A stretch of 63,971 nt of DNA, the filler included, from Choristocarpus tenellus KU-1152 (lineage: Eukaryota > Protista > Phaeophyceae): NCBI GenBank assembly GCA_964200185.2. It is 12 parts of 12 records of this genome, joined end to end, with 100 filler letters (N's around TTAATTAATTAA, not from the genome) between each part and the next. Parts side by side here need not be neighbours in the genome. Positions count along the whole stretch, not along the records: positions 34,039 to 42,961 come from CAXNAD020004194.1; positions 43,062 to 47,376 come from CAXNAD020015147.1; positions 47,477 to 50,438 come from CAXNAD020023335.1; 9 more parts are not named here. One strand, given 5' to 3'. The position numbers were made by a program, and so were the translations under genes. Shown in pieces: positions 39,266-50,418 of this stretch (the first letter of the stretch is position 1; each line of letters starts with the position of its first letter). The notes beneath the pieces are model-generated. The model had not been told where the DNA came from. It worked only from the letters and a program-made list of their open reading frames with translations, and did no database searches.

Positions 39266-39718
39266 TCAGCCACTCCCTGCCAGGGCAGTGACAATCTCTC
39301 GCTTACACTCCTCCGTAACGCCTTCCTCAAACTCCTCTCCAGGCTCATTGCCGTCTGCATCCATCACCCCTCGCTTAGCCCCCCGTTTCACCAAGAGCCT
39401 TACCACATCCACCTGGCCATGGCGTGCCGCCTCATGAAGAGGTGTCCTCTGTTTATTGGTAGGAAGAGCATTTATGCATGTGTGTGTGTTAGAGATGATG
39501 ATGGAGTTGGACAGGTGGATTGATTGATATACCGATAGTTGTGTGTCTATTCGTGCAGAGAGAGGAGTGTGTTCAGAGCAGGGGGGGGGGGGGGGGGGGG
39601 CAAGGAAAGGGGAGGGGGGGGGGGGGGGGAAGGGGGGGAAATTTGGGGGGTGCCCGATCATAAAAAAANNNNNNNNNNGGGGGGGTGAAGGTAGTGGTGG
39701 TGTGGGGTGGCGTGGTGT

Positions 39719-39772
<54 letters not shown>

Positions 39773-41537
39773 GGCTAGCCTGTTTGTTAGAAACTCCTAC
39801 TGTTGTTGTTACCATTGGGTAATACAAAGGGTTGCTCAGATTGTTGCTGAATGTTTATTACTAGTACAAAACAACACAGTAAAAAATGGACAGGTGCTGT
39901 GAGAAACCACAGCGTGTGAGGAGGGTCCAATTAAACAACCAACTCGCCCTGAAAGTCTTGCGCTGTGCAAATTGTGGTGGGAGTCACAGATCAAGAGACC
40001 ACAAGATCAAATGCGTCATAAAAACACTCCATTTCTCAGACAAAACAAGATTGTGACACGTGGAAGAAAGAATTAGCATGACTCCTAACAACAGAGCATT
40101 GAAAATAAATCCGATGTACTAGACAAAATGGCATTTTTTGGACCAAAACATTTGTCATTGCAAGTGTTACACAACAGAGGTTCTACATCTTGTACAAGTA
40201 GAGGTTAGGGTTAGGGCTAGGGTTAGACACAAAAAAGAAAAAAAAAGTATTGCCATGTAGTGCATTGATCTCTCCCAGGTGTTTGCTGCAGAGCAGACCA
40301 ACATGAGAAGCAGTTCCACAAAAATCGTGGGACAGGTTCAGCGTAGTGTGACGTTGGTAATAGGGAAAGTTCAGCATTTGATGCCAACCGTCCCATACAA
40401 CAAAAAACAATCACGCAACAAAAGTGGTATACAGCAGAGAGGTCTTAGGCCCTCCATAACTTCCCCAGTCCAACTCAACACAATTCACCTCCTTTTTGTC
40501 CTCGGCGTTGATGTGCGCCCCCCTTGAAAGCAAAAGAAAGACCATCTCCGTGTGCCCTCCCTTGCAGGCCCAGAATAGGGGAGTGTGACCGAGTCCGTCT
40601 CGCGCCTGCAAACGATGGAGTCAATATCACCGAGCCAAGTAGGAAGTCACAATATGATTTGTGTAGTTGGAGGTAGATGGCGGCATAGTCAGGGTTGTGG
40701 GAGGGACACTGAGACTGCCAACCACAGTATTGATTGCATTATGAAGAGGTGAAGCCCGGTGGCGGGAAGGAAATGTACGCGGTCAAAAATAGAATAATCA
40801 GCACTATTGCCGTTTTCCTATGTCGAGGTACAAGGTATCGACACTCCGAAGGAAGTGAAAGGAATCGGACCATACACATCAAGGTCCAGTACTGTGGGCA
40901 GGTAGGATCACCGAAGCTGGCGTTCATCTGACTCATCGCATATGTTTCTTTCCGTGAATCTTGTCTCATATAATCTTTGGTCCTGCAAGACAACCGGCGA
41001 GGTAATCGGGCCTCTATACTGTTGTCCCTCAAAGTTGTCTTCAACAACGGACGCGCACAATGTGCTGGACTCGAAACTCGTACAATATCGTGGGATGGAT
41101 GCGCACAGAGAGGTCACATCCCTTCTTGATTGGAAAACGATGTATATTGACGAGCTCTGCTTTCCATCGGACATATTCCAGTACAGGAACCCAATATCAC
41201 CATTGATCCGCCACACCTTCGTCTCACCTCTATGTCTGAACCCTTACTCAGAAGCATCTCAGCTATTTCTCGGCGGTTATAGGCCGCCGCCCGATGCAAA
41301 GGGGTCGTCTTATACCTGGTCGAGGCAACATAGCAATAACAACGCGATGGTGGTGACTCCTCAATATGACTTGATGGAATAGGCTATGTGAGGAAAATCA
41401 CTCTTTCTCAAAACTTGCCTGCATCGAACGTTGACGTCGCCGCCTTCGGCAAAGAACTCCTTTACCTTCTCCACATCTCCATCTTTGGTGGCTGTATGGA
41501 TGTCAACATTGAGCGGCTTCGGCGGTGGGGAAGTCAT
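39266..41537 (-). CDS. Small ankyrin-repeat protein (168 aa); exons 41537-41419, 41315-41228, 40605-40489, 39448-39266
   Basis: Ankyrin motifs IHTATKDGDVEKVK, TPLHRAAAYNRREIAEMLLSKGS, TPLFWACKGGHTEMVFLLLSRGA, TPLHEAARHGQVDVVRLLVKRGA; phases are consistent; the first intron is GC-AG. Confidence 0.9.
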
Positions 41538-41733
41538 GAAGCTAGTTAGTTGTTTGGTGCTCTTTTAAGTGTTGGTGGGTGTTGTTTAAGATTTTGGTTT
41601 GAGTATAGGAGAGAAATCGGACGGATGGACGTTTGGTTCAACCTCCCATCCCCATTCCATCCACACAGACTCTGTCATGTCGTTGTAGTGCTCACAACAC
41701 TCAGAAGTTGGGGCGTTCTGCTGTGTATATATC

Positions 41734-42961
41734 ATGGTTCCTACTGCAGCTCTCAGTGCCGCCATTGGCTGCGGTGGCTTGAGCGGAACTGATGCAATGA
41801 TTATGGGACTGTCCTCTATGGGGGTCACCTTTGTTGGACCAATGAGAACCCCACGGCTGCTGCATGATCAAACCCTGAGGTTATGCCGTGCCACCTGGAC
41901 CTCACCCTCCAGGAGAAAGTGTATGATGCCTCTCATACAAGCGTCTGGTTGGGATGACTATATGGGAGATAGTAGAGGAGATGGGGAAGGTAGAGGAGAC
42001 TGGGGAAGGAGGGGTGATCGTGAATCACGTCGAGATGGACGCAGTTCTGGTGGGGGCAGGGGGAGGGGGAGGGGAAGTGGAAGCAGTGGTGCAGAGAGAA
42101 GAGGAAACTACCAGGATGGATATGGCTACGAAGAAGGTGGCTACCAGCAGAGACGTAACTACCAAGGTGCTCGAGGGGGGCGCAGTGATAATAACTACGG
42201 TGAGGGAGGTGGCCAAAAACGCGGCGAGTTCAAGGGTGGGCGTCAATATGAGGAAAGACGAGGCGGTAGTTACCAGGAGGCGAGAAGCTATCAGGACAGG
42301 CAGGGATACCAGGGGCAGAGGGGGGGTAGATCTAAGCCCAGTTACAATTCTGATGACTTCGAGGTTGTTAGTGAGGGGGACGGGGACGATGGCAGATGGG
42401 ATGACTATGATGACTTCACTGATGAAGGCACCACGGTTGACGACACGGAGCACAGCGGGGGGTTCCAGGAAAGAAGATCCTACCAGGCCAAGCGTGGAAT
42501 GCAAGATAAACCGGGTGAGCGTTCTGGGACTTCGAAATCCAGCTTCAAAACCAATGATTTCGAGGTTTTGGATGAGGGAGGTGACAATGACGGGAGCTGG
42601 GATATTTATGATAACGACTCCCCCGATCAGTTTGTTTCTGATACCAATTCTGATGACAATGCCGATGAGGGATGGAGCAGAGAGACAGGGCGCCATCTCA
42701 GTGAGTTCACGCCCCCAAAAGTTCGAGGCAACAGAAAGAGACAATCAGTGCAGGACGCTTACAACGATGAGCCTGAGTTTGAAGACTGGGGAAACAATGG
42801 GGTGAGGAAAGGAAGGCGTGGAAAGAATGACATTTCGAGAAATGATGAATCGTTCTTTGGGGACTACTTCAACGCTCCCAATCATGGGGGCCCTGGTAGA
42901 GGCAGGGAGGCTTCCCTTGATCAGACAGCAGAGCGGGGCAGGGGCCGTTCAAGAAGGGGGG
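41734..42961 (+). CDS. RGG/YQ- and D/E-rich low-complexity ORF with possible N-terminal targeting presequence; 3' truncated
   Basis: Open frame of over 400 codons running off the contig; hydrophobic then R/S/T-rich N-terminus followed by GRGRG, RRNYQG and DDFEV repeats. Confidence 0.7.
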
Positions 42962-43194
42962 NNNNNNNNNNNNNNNNNNNNNNNNNNNNNNNNNNNNNNN
43001 NNNNNTTAATTAATTAANNNNNNNNNNNNNNNNNNNNNNNNNNNNNNNNNNNNNNNNNNNNAATGCCAAAAAAAAAAATAGTCGTTTCACCGCAACGGCC
43101 CCCCCCTAACAAACCACCCCCCCCCCCCCCCCAGATACTTTGACCCCAGATCCATTAAGCACAACCGTAAAAGGGTCAAGAAGGAGATACCTAA

Positions 43195-43374
43195 GACCCA
43201 AAGTATCTGGGGGGGGTGGGGGAGTCTACACCAGGGTGTCCATCAGAACCAAAATCAGGAAAAGTGCATTTACATTATCTATCAGACGTATGTAACCAAA
43301 CCGCACAAAAATCGCGACATAAAAAAATTAACCCCAAATTGACAGCTGCCACCCCCCCCCAGATACACTGAGCC
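43195..43374 (+). mobile_element. MITE family B (about 180 bp), TIR GRNYCAAAGTATCTGGGGG
   Basis: Both TIRs are present; another right end lies at about 43100-43146. Confidence 0.85.
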
Positions 43375-43923
43375 TTAATTGATGGTACATAGTAGTTTAT
43401 CCATTCTGATAGCGGAACATGACTTGCCACCACATGTATACACCTGTATCTTAGATAAACTCCATCTCTCCATCACATAATATTTTTAACGGGTGTGCTC
43501 ATTGTCACCGTTGCAAATAACCGATGTAAATATCTTGAGATATTTTGGCAGTCATGACGACATGTCACACCTGCTAAAATGTTAGCGCTGTAGAATACCT
43601 AGAAAATTAGCTTCGGACACTGATTGTTACCCCTACTCCTTCATTTTGTGGTCTGATTAGTGTTAGTATATTTCTATGTCGTACTATGTAACAAACACAC
43701 TTCAAAACACCATCCAGGACGTTTTAGTGAGTAGGCGTAACAATAATCTGTCCCTAATACTCTAAAACACAGCTACTAGCAAGTATTGTATCAACATTTC
43801 AGAACGCGAGATTTGTAATGAGCCGTAACAATCAGTCTCTGGATTTCAACGTAATCTTGAACAATACTATGTAGTACTTTTTTAGAAGAACCAACCTTGA
43901 TGATGCATACACTCACTAAAAAG

Positions 43924-44096
43924 AGACCAAAGTATCTGGGAGAGTGTCTACACCAGAGTGCCCATTTTGGGTCAAAATCAGGAAAAGTGCATCTACATTG
44001 TCCATCCGACCTATGCAACCAAATCACCCCAAAATCGCAACAAGAAAGAAATGACCCCAAATGGACAGCCGCCACACACCCCAGATACTTTGAGCC
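43924..44096 (+). mobile_element. MITE family B copy (flanks aag/aag)
   Basis: Full-length similarity to 43195-43374. Confidence 0.85.
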
Positions 44097-45995
44097 AAGA
44101 GGTGCTCAAGTAATGGAGGGATGAAGTCGTGTTGTAGAGAAAGGTGTCCATACATCGTAGCAAGTCGTGTTCATATATCAGATCGTATCAACTACCGTAT
44201 GCAGTACCTCTTTGTTTTGACCCGTGGAAGGGTTGTGCTTGGCAGATTGCTGATATTGACAACAGGGCCTACTCTTCACGAGGAATCTGTTGGTGACCAC
44301 CCTTCACTCTGAATCCTCCTGTGGGAAGACAACATATTAGCGAGTGTACACATCGTCTCAACTGTTCTGAAGCGTTAAATCATTCATGTATTCACTCGGT
44401 AGTGCTTCTCTCAGTAGTATTGTAATTCCCCTTTAGATTAACAAAATGGTGTATCCAGTGATGAGAATTTCTCCTGGGCATTTCCCGTACCCAAGTAAAT
44501 CACTATTGAACGCAAGAATGATACTACACACTATAATAAAAATAGTCGCTGCAGATTCTCTCATCAAGTTTCAAACCAGTGTGCAGAGAACAAAACCCTC
44601 TCCTTCTTACCCTCCATGTCACTACACACAAACACACACTCGCACTGTCACTCTAGCTAATTTCAAATTTCATTTTGTGAATGAACGATGAACGATTTCA
44701 AGCTTTAAGATCCAATCCGGTGGTTTGTTTGACATAAATTAGGGGTGGTCCGTCAGGATGCCATGAGGGAAGGCTCCTAGGGTGTGTACGAGGGTGAGTT
44801 GTGATATAAACCTCAACTACCATGGAAAACTGCGGAATCAATGTACTATATACCATACAGTCCAAATCTCAAAATAGAAACCATAGAATTACCCAACGGA
44901 ACATATTTTTTCATTGAAAAACATACATCTCATTAGATCCTACCATGACCTACCACCTTGTCTTGTCCAAATTTTCCGTTTCAATACCTCGGTGTGAAAT
45001 CGCCACCATTACAAGCCTTACATATATTATGTTTCATCGGCACCCAACACCATCACAACCCTCTCACTTCTAGAACAGTTCTGTTCAAGGTCCTGAAATG
45101 AAATCGAAAATGAAAACTTAGCTTTTTAACTTTGGTACTCAAAGTACTACATAGTATAAAGTAGGTAGCAAGAAGAGCGAGCCAAAACGAGATATTGCGT
45201 TTATGGTATAGAAGGATCAAATGAAAGAGAAAAAAAAAATGTAGTACGAAGACCAGAGAACGACAATACTTCTCTACTTGTACAAGCAGCAGTTTACCAC
45301 CATTCCGAGCAAGTACAAGGATACAGCAGTTGTTATCCAAAAGCCTATCGGGTAACATAAAGAGGTCTTCCACAAGGAAATGAACGATGCGCAAGGTGAT
45401 GATAATCCGATTCCCTGTGGGAAACCAACCAAATAGAACCTTTGAATGGCTGCGATTTGTCAACCACAGCTTAATTATGGTGGCAAACATAAGTGAACTA
45501 TGACTATACGGTCCCTAAATATCCCTTAGTTCCTATCGAGTCCACAAAGACCGAAGGACTGGCCAACTTGTTGGGTGCGTATTTTCGATCTATTTGTGTG
45601 CTTCTGGACTGTTCAAGGGAATACATTATACTACTAATATATTCATACTTGTCTTTCACCTTCCTTCTAAGAACCTAAATCACATCAGTGTCCTTCCTAA
45701 CAGCTAGTAGCAAGACCTTGCGGTAACCAAGATTGTACGATTGTTACTTCGATGGAAAAGGAAGACCGTATGGACTGTAGAGCTGTTTTGCGGTTTGGTA
45801 ATATATTCTGATGTGATAGCCAGAGAAGAATCATTTCAGGAGGACACAGCGCTTCCTCTCTTACCATTGATTGTGGCAGGATATTTCAGCTCTCGAAGTC
45901 CTGGGAAATGCAAACGTAACTGTTCGAAGGACCAGAGCATCTCCTGAAACCTGGCAGAGCAACCCGCTTAGTTCAGTTTCCTATCTTTCCTCCAG

Positions 45996-46440
45996 GAATC
46001 AATACCCTTGTGGCGACAGAGTTTGGTCAATTCCTTGTTTCTAACCGTACTGACCGATTTCCTATGGTTGCTATCGCATCTCCTTTACATGTAAAGTGCA
46101 GCATACCTGTGCTCGTTGACATTGGTGGGGAATGCACGCTCAGCATAGGTCGTGAAGAGGTACGAAGCACCTCCACAGCAGAGACCAGGGAACAATCTTA
46201 TGATACACAGGTTGTTCTGCAACCTGGTGAAACTTCAACATATAGAGTCCTCATCACTCAGGTCATGCATGGTCAACTTGCCTTTCACAGCCACACTGGA
46301 GCTCACTACTGACAACCAGAATAAGCTCACTTTCGACACTAAGGGCACCTACCACGCTGTTGCTTTCAGCAACATGCACTCAGAGGTTTCGTGGAACAGG
46401 GTCCACAAGGAAGTAGGGGACGTACTGCAGTCAGTCATCT
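45996..46440 (+). pseudogene. Aerolysin / ETX-MTX2 / natterin-like beta-pore-forming domain, frameshifted
   Basis: VKCSIPVLVDIGGECTLSIGREEVRSTSTAETREQSYDTQVVLQPGETSTYRVLIT, frameshift near 46260, then CMVNLPFTATLELTT...TFDTKGTYHAVAFSN; acceptor ctttcctccag at 45995. Confidence 0.7.
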
Positions 46441-47219
46441 GCCCCCCATGCAAAGCATGGTGGTCAGGCATGCACAGCCTAATAGTACGTAGTGGTAGGA
46501 TATACTGAGAAATGCTGCTTGCCTGAGTAGCGTTCAGTGTGAAGAAGTTGTGGTTGGTGAATGCACTATTGATCGAACTTACGTCAGCTCTACAAAAAAA
46601 ATACTACGTATTTATTGATCATGCCAATTGATCCCATTAGATCGCCCTGAAGATACGAATTGAATGACACACTGCTTCAGTCAAGTTTGCACCCTGATGT
46701 AACATACATATTCTACCACTTTTTCTTTGGTACATATACAATACAAGTAGCAATAAGGGAAACGCTCTTTGAACGCCTCCCAACCCTCTAAACGCCATAA
46801 CCTCAAATAACTCGAGGAGTTTGAAGCCCCCAAACTGTTAATCACAATAAATAACATGGGAAGGTGCAAGATTATTTCTTTTGTATACTGTTGTTTGAAC
46901 ATTTGTGTATGCCTTTCAGGGTTAAGCAGTTTGCGAAGGCATGGACTGTTTTGTGAAGCCTATGATGAGTTGTGTTGGAGAGTGCTTTCAAGTCAAAACA
47001 TGTCGACCCAATCCTCAAATTGCCCCAAATACCTCTGAAAATATACGTGTTTTCTGTAGATACACATTATCACTTTTAAATGATCCAGGCAACACAAAAA
47101 ATCTGGACACCACGTAAAGGTCTATTCCAAAAGATTAGCAATGTTATATGCATGGAACATAGTGTCGTTGGATACCTCTGACTCAACTGAAAAAGACGAT
47201 AAGATAGTAAGATGATTAA

Positions 47220-47376
47220 GACTCAAAGTATCTGGGGGTGTGTGTGGCAGCTGTCCAATTGGGGTCAATTTTTTCATGTCGCAATTTTTAGGTGATTTGG
47301 TTGCATACGTCGGATGGATAATGTAGATACACTTTTCCTGGTTATGACCCAAATGGACACCCTGGTGTAGACCCCC
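47220..47376 (-). mobile_element. MITE family B, partial at contig edge
   Basis: gactcaaagtatctggggg...ctggtgtagacccccc. Confidence 0.85.
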
Positions 47377-47829
47377 NNNNNNNNNNNNNNNNNNNNNNNN
47401 NNNNNNNNNNNNNNNNNNNNTTAATTAATTAANNNNNNNNNNNNNNNNNNNNNNNNNNNNNNNNNNNNNNNNNNNNATAGGGTAGAGAGCCAGTGACAGA
47501 TATTTTATATGTACTGACTCATAGTGTTGATTGGTTACATCATGTTCAAGATACACTTCCTATACTTAAGATAAGTAAATAAGTAATTCATAGTAAAATA
47601 GCGTGGACATTACAAACCCCACACTGTAGAATAATAATATAGTAGTTTAGGCTAGTCTCACCCACACGCTTAGTCAGCGGAATCGAGAGACCACAAAGGC
47701 CCTTGTATTACTAACATTGTTCATCTATATCAAGCTGTTCTTTTTCCTTCATTAAAGCACCATAAAAGCCGCGGTCCAGTGTGGGATGGTTCAATATTTT
47801 CCTCCTCCTAGACTTCACTACTAGCCGTG

Positions 47830-50418
47830 TAATTCAGCGAGCAAACATACCTTGGCACCCCACCAAGGATGGCCGATTCCGTTTTCCAATCTCTGATTTA
47901 GACCGGGATCATGAAGATTTGGAGGACACTCCCGAGTATATCCTTCCTCCCCATGCATGCCGAAGGGCTGATGAAGATTTTGGATGACACTCCAAGGTAC
48001 ATCCTCCCTCCACATGCACGAAGACGGACTGGAGAAGTCCAGGAGATGGGGGGTGAATGTGATGATGATGGAATCACCTGTATTGAAGGTGGACTAGGTG
48101 ATGGTGGTGAATCACATGACATATGGGATAATGGTGAACTTGTGGAGGAGACTGAGGACAACATTGATGGTGACAACGACGAGGTGGAGGAGACTGAGGA
48201 CAGCAATGATGGTGATGATGATGGGGTGGACGAGGCTAAGGACAGTCAATGTGAAAGGGAATTACAATGACTCAGTGTTGGAAATGGTGACGACAACATC
48301 CTTCCCCACCGCACCAGATCAGGCAATCATCCTTCTTCCGCTAAAGCAGCTGTTTTTAACATGTTCAATTTTTTATGACTTGTTTCCATAGAGTCTACCC
48401 TTGTGATGTGTGAGAGTGATGATCCTATTATTAGAGTGTTAGCGGATGAGCTCCCTCCAGAACCCAAAACTGGAAGAGCAGCACGTAGCTCTCCTGAATG
48501 GGATTTATGGGATCGAGCTAAAGCAGAAGAGATGTCTGGTTTGTTGTTGAATAATTTTGGGTGGAGGCCGTATTATCCCCTGGACGCAGGGCAATAGACA
48601 CTAAATGGATTCACAAGCGTAAGACTAACGAATTTGGTGAGGTAGTTAAATACAAGGCACGTATGGTAGCAAAAGGTTTTCGACAGATCGAGGGTTTAGA
48701 TTACCAAGATACCTTTGCTCCAACACCATCCCCTGCATCTTTGAAAATGGTTTTAGCATTAGCTGCAGACAAGGATTGGGAATCAAAACTATGGGATGTA
48801 AAATAAGCTTTTATACAAGCAGACATTACTGGAGAGATATTTATTTATTTATGTGATGGTTGTGATATATGATCAGGAAAGATTGCGCGTTTAGTGAAAG
48901 TTCTTTATGGCATCAAACAGGCTAGCAGGGAGTTCAATAATTTGTTGGTGCGTGTTTTGGAACAGTGTGGTTTTGAGCAATGCAGAGCAGATCCCCGTGT
49001 GTTAGGCTATGTAAGAGATGGCGTTGTTTGTGCTGTGATAGCCCCCCACGTAGACGATTTTTGGTAGCAGGTAAAATAAATGTTTTGATTTGGGTTCGCT
49101 CTAGGATGAAAGAGCTGTTTTCCACAGAAGAGTTTGGTGACCTTGAGTATTATATGAGTTGTGAGATTTCACGTGACAGAACAGCACAGACTATCACCAT
49201 CAGTCAGACTAGGTACATTAAGCGTGTTTGTCAAAGATTTGGTATGGATGGGGCAAAGAAGAGGTCGATACCCCTTGATCTCTCAAGGACTTTAGACAAG
49301 AGTAAGAATCATCCAAGTGTTGCTGAAAATACACCATACAGAGAGGAAGTTGGTACTCTGATGTGGGCATTTGTTATGACTAGGATTGACATTGCAAATG
49401 CAGTTCGTGAAGTTGCCAAGTACAGTAGTAATCTCAAAGTAACAAATTAGCGTGCAGTGAAATGTATTTTAGCATATTTGAATACATGTCCCAGTGTTGG
49501 ATTGAGTTTTGGTGGTTTGGAAAATGATTGTGAGTTAAGTGCGTATATGTTGAAACCTGAATCGAATGCATCGTACATGTAAGCAAAGTGCGTAGACTAC
49601 GAGTGATGAGGAATCATGGTGTTGAAAAGCACCGATGAGTGATACGCGTAGCCTACGTTATGGGTAGGTGTGATTGTGCTGCAAAGCACCAATGTATATT
49701 TATTTTGTTGTAACTGAGGTCATTGATCTCTCAGTCAAGAATGATGCAATGTGAATTCAGTATTCTTTGGTTGCTCAATCCAGAATGATGTGATGTGAAT
49801 TCAGTGTTCTTTCATGAGATACTCTACGAAAGAAGTCCATGCTCTGTGGAGAGGCTTGTTACCTTGGCTGGTAAAGGATTTCCGTGGATGGGTTTAACTC
49901 TGATTATATTACATCCATGTGTGTGTTTTGTAGACAGTTTGCAGAGTGGCTTTGGTGCAATTTGAGAGATCAATGGCAGTCACGAAGAAATAATAATCAA
50001 TCATCAATGTACAACTGTCATCTTCTGCTGATATGAAGAAAGAGTGAAAGAAAAACAAACAACAGAACAACAGAGCAAAATTGAAACAATATGTGACGCA
50101 ACTCAGTGACGTACACTATACTATACTATTTGTGTGGAACGTAGAGCGACTGTTCTATACTACGGTGTACTGATTGTAGTTGATGTGGTGATGACGAACT
50201 AGTGAATGTAACGTTCAGAACGTAACGGACCAATCAACAGTCAGTGTTGACTGACTGGTGGAACTGTATCGTATCAAGGAACAAACAGATGAGTAGCCTA
50301 TGTTTTTGCAGTATGTTGATGCTAGTTATGCTGGAGACTGGAATGATCGTAGATCAGTGACTGGAGGAGCAAAAATATTTGCTGGAGGAGCAATATCTTG
50401 GATGTCAAAGGTAGAAAG
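47830..50418 (+). mobile_element. Degenerate Ty1/Copia pol (integrase tail, RT, RNase H)
   Basis: AIDTKWIHKRKTNEFGEVVKYKARMVAKGFRQIEGLDYQDTFAP, WDVK*AFIQA, LYGIKQASR, HVDDFLVAG, PYREEVGTLMW..TRIDIANAVREVAK, YVDASYAGDWNDRRSVTG; stops and frameshifts present. Confidence 0.93.
49548..50310. mobile_element. Solo LTR (763 bp, TG..CA) nested in the Copia RNase H
   Basis: Starts TGTTGAAAC and ends GTTTTTGCA; flanked by GTATA/GTATG near-perfect 5-bp TSD; removal restores LSAYVDASYAGD. Confidence 0.78.

Noticed and set aside
39581-39772. Poly-Gly/Pro ORFs from long G runs (also 63484-63590)
   Set aside because: Intronic homopolymer tracts around scaffold gaps, probably inflated by sequencing error.
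40734-41382. Plus-strand ORFs nested in ankyrin intron 2
   Set aside because: No recognisable motifs or convincing splice structure; partly antisense to real exons.
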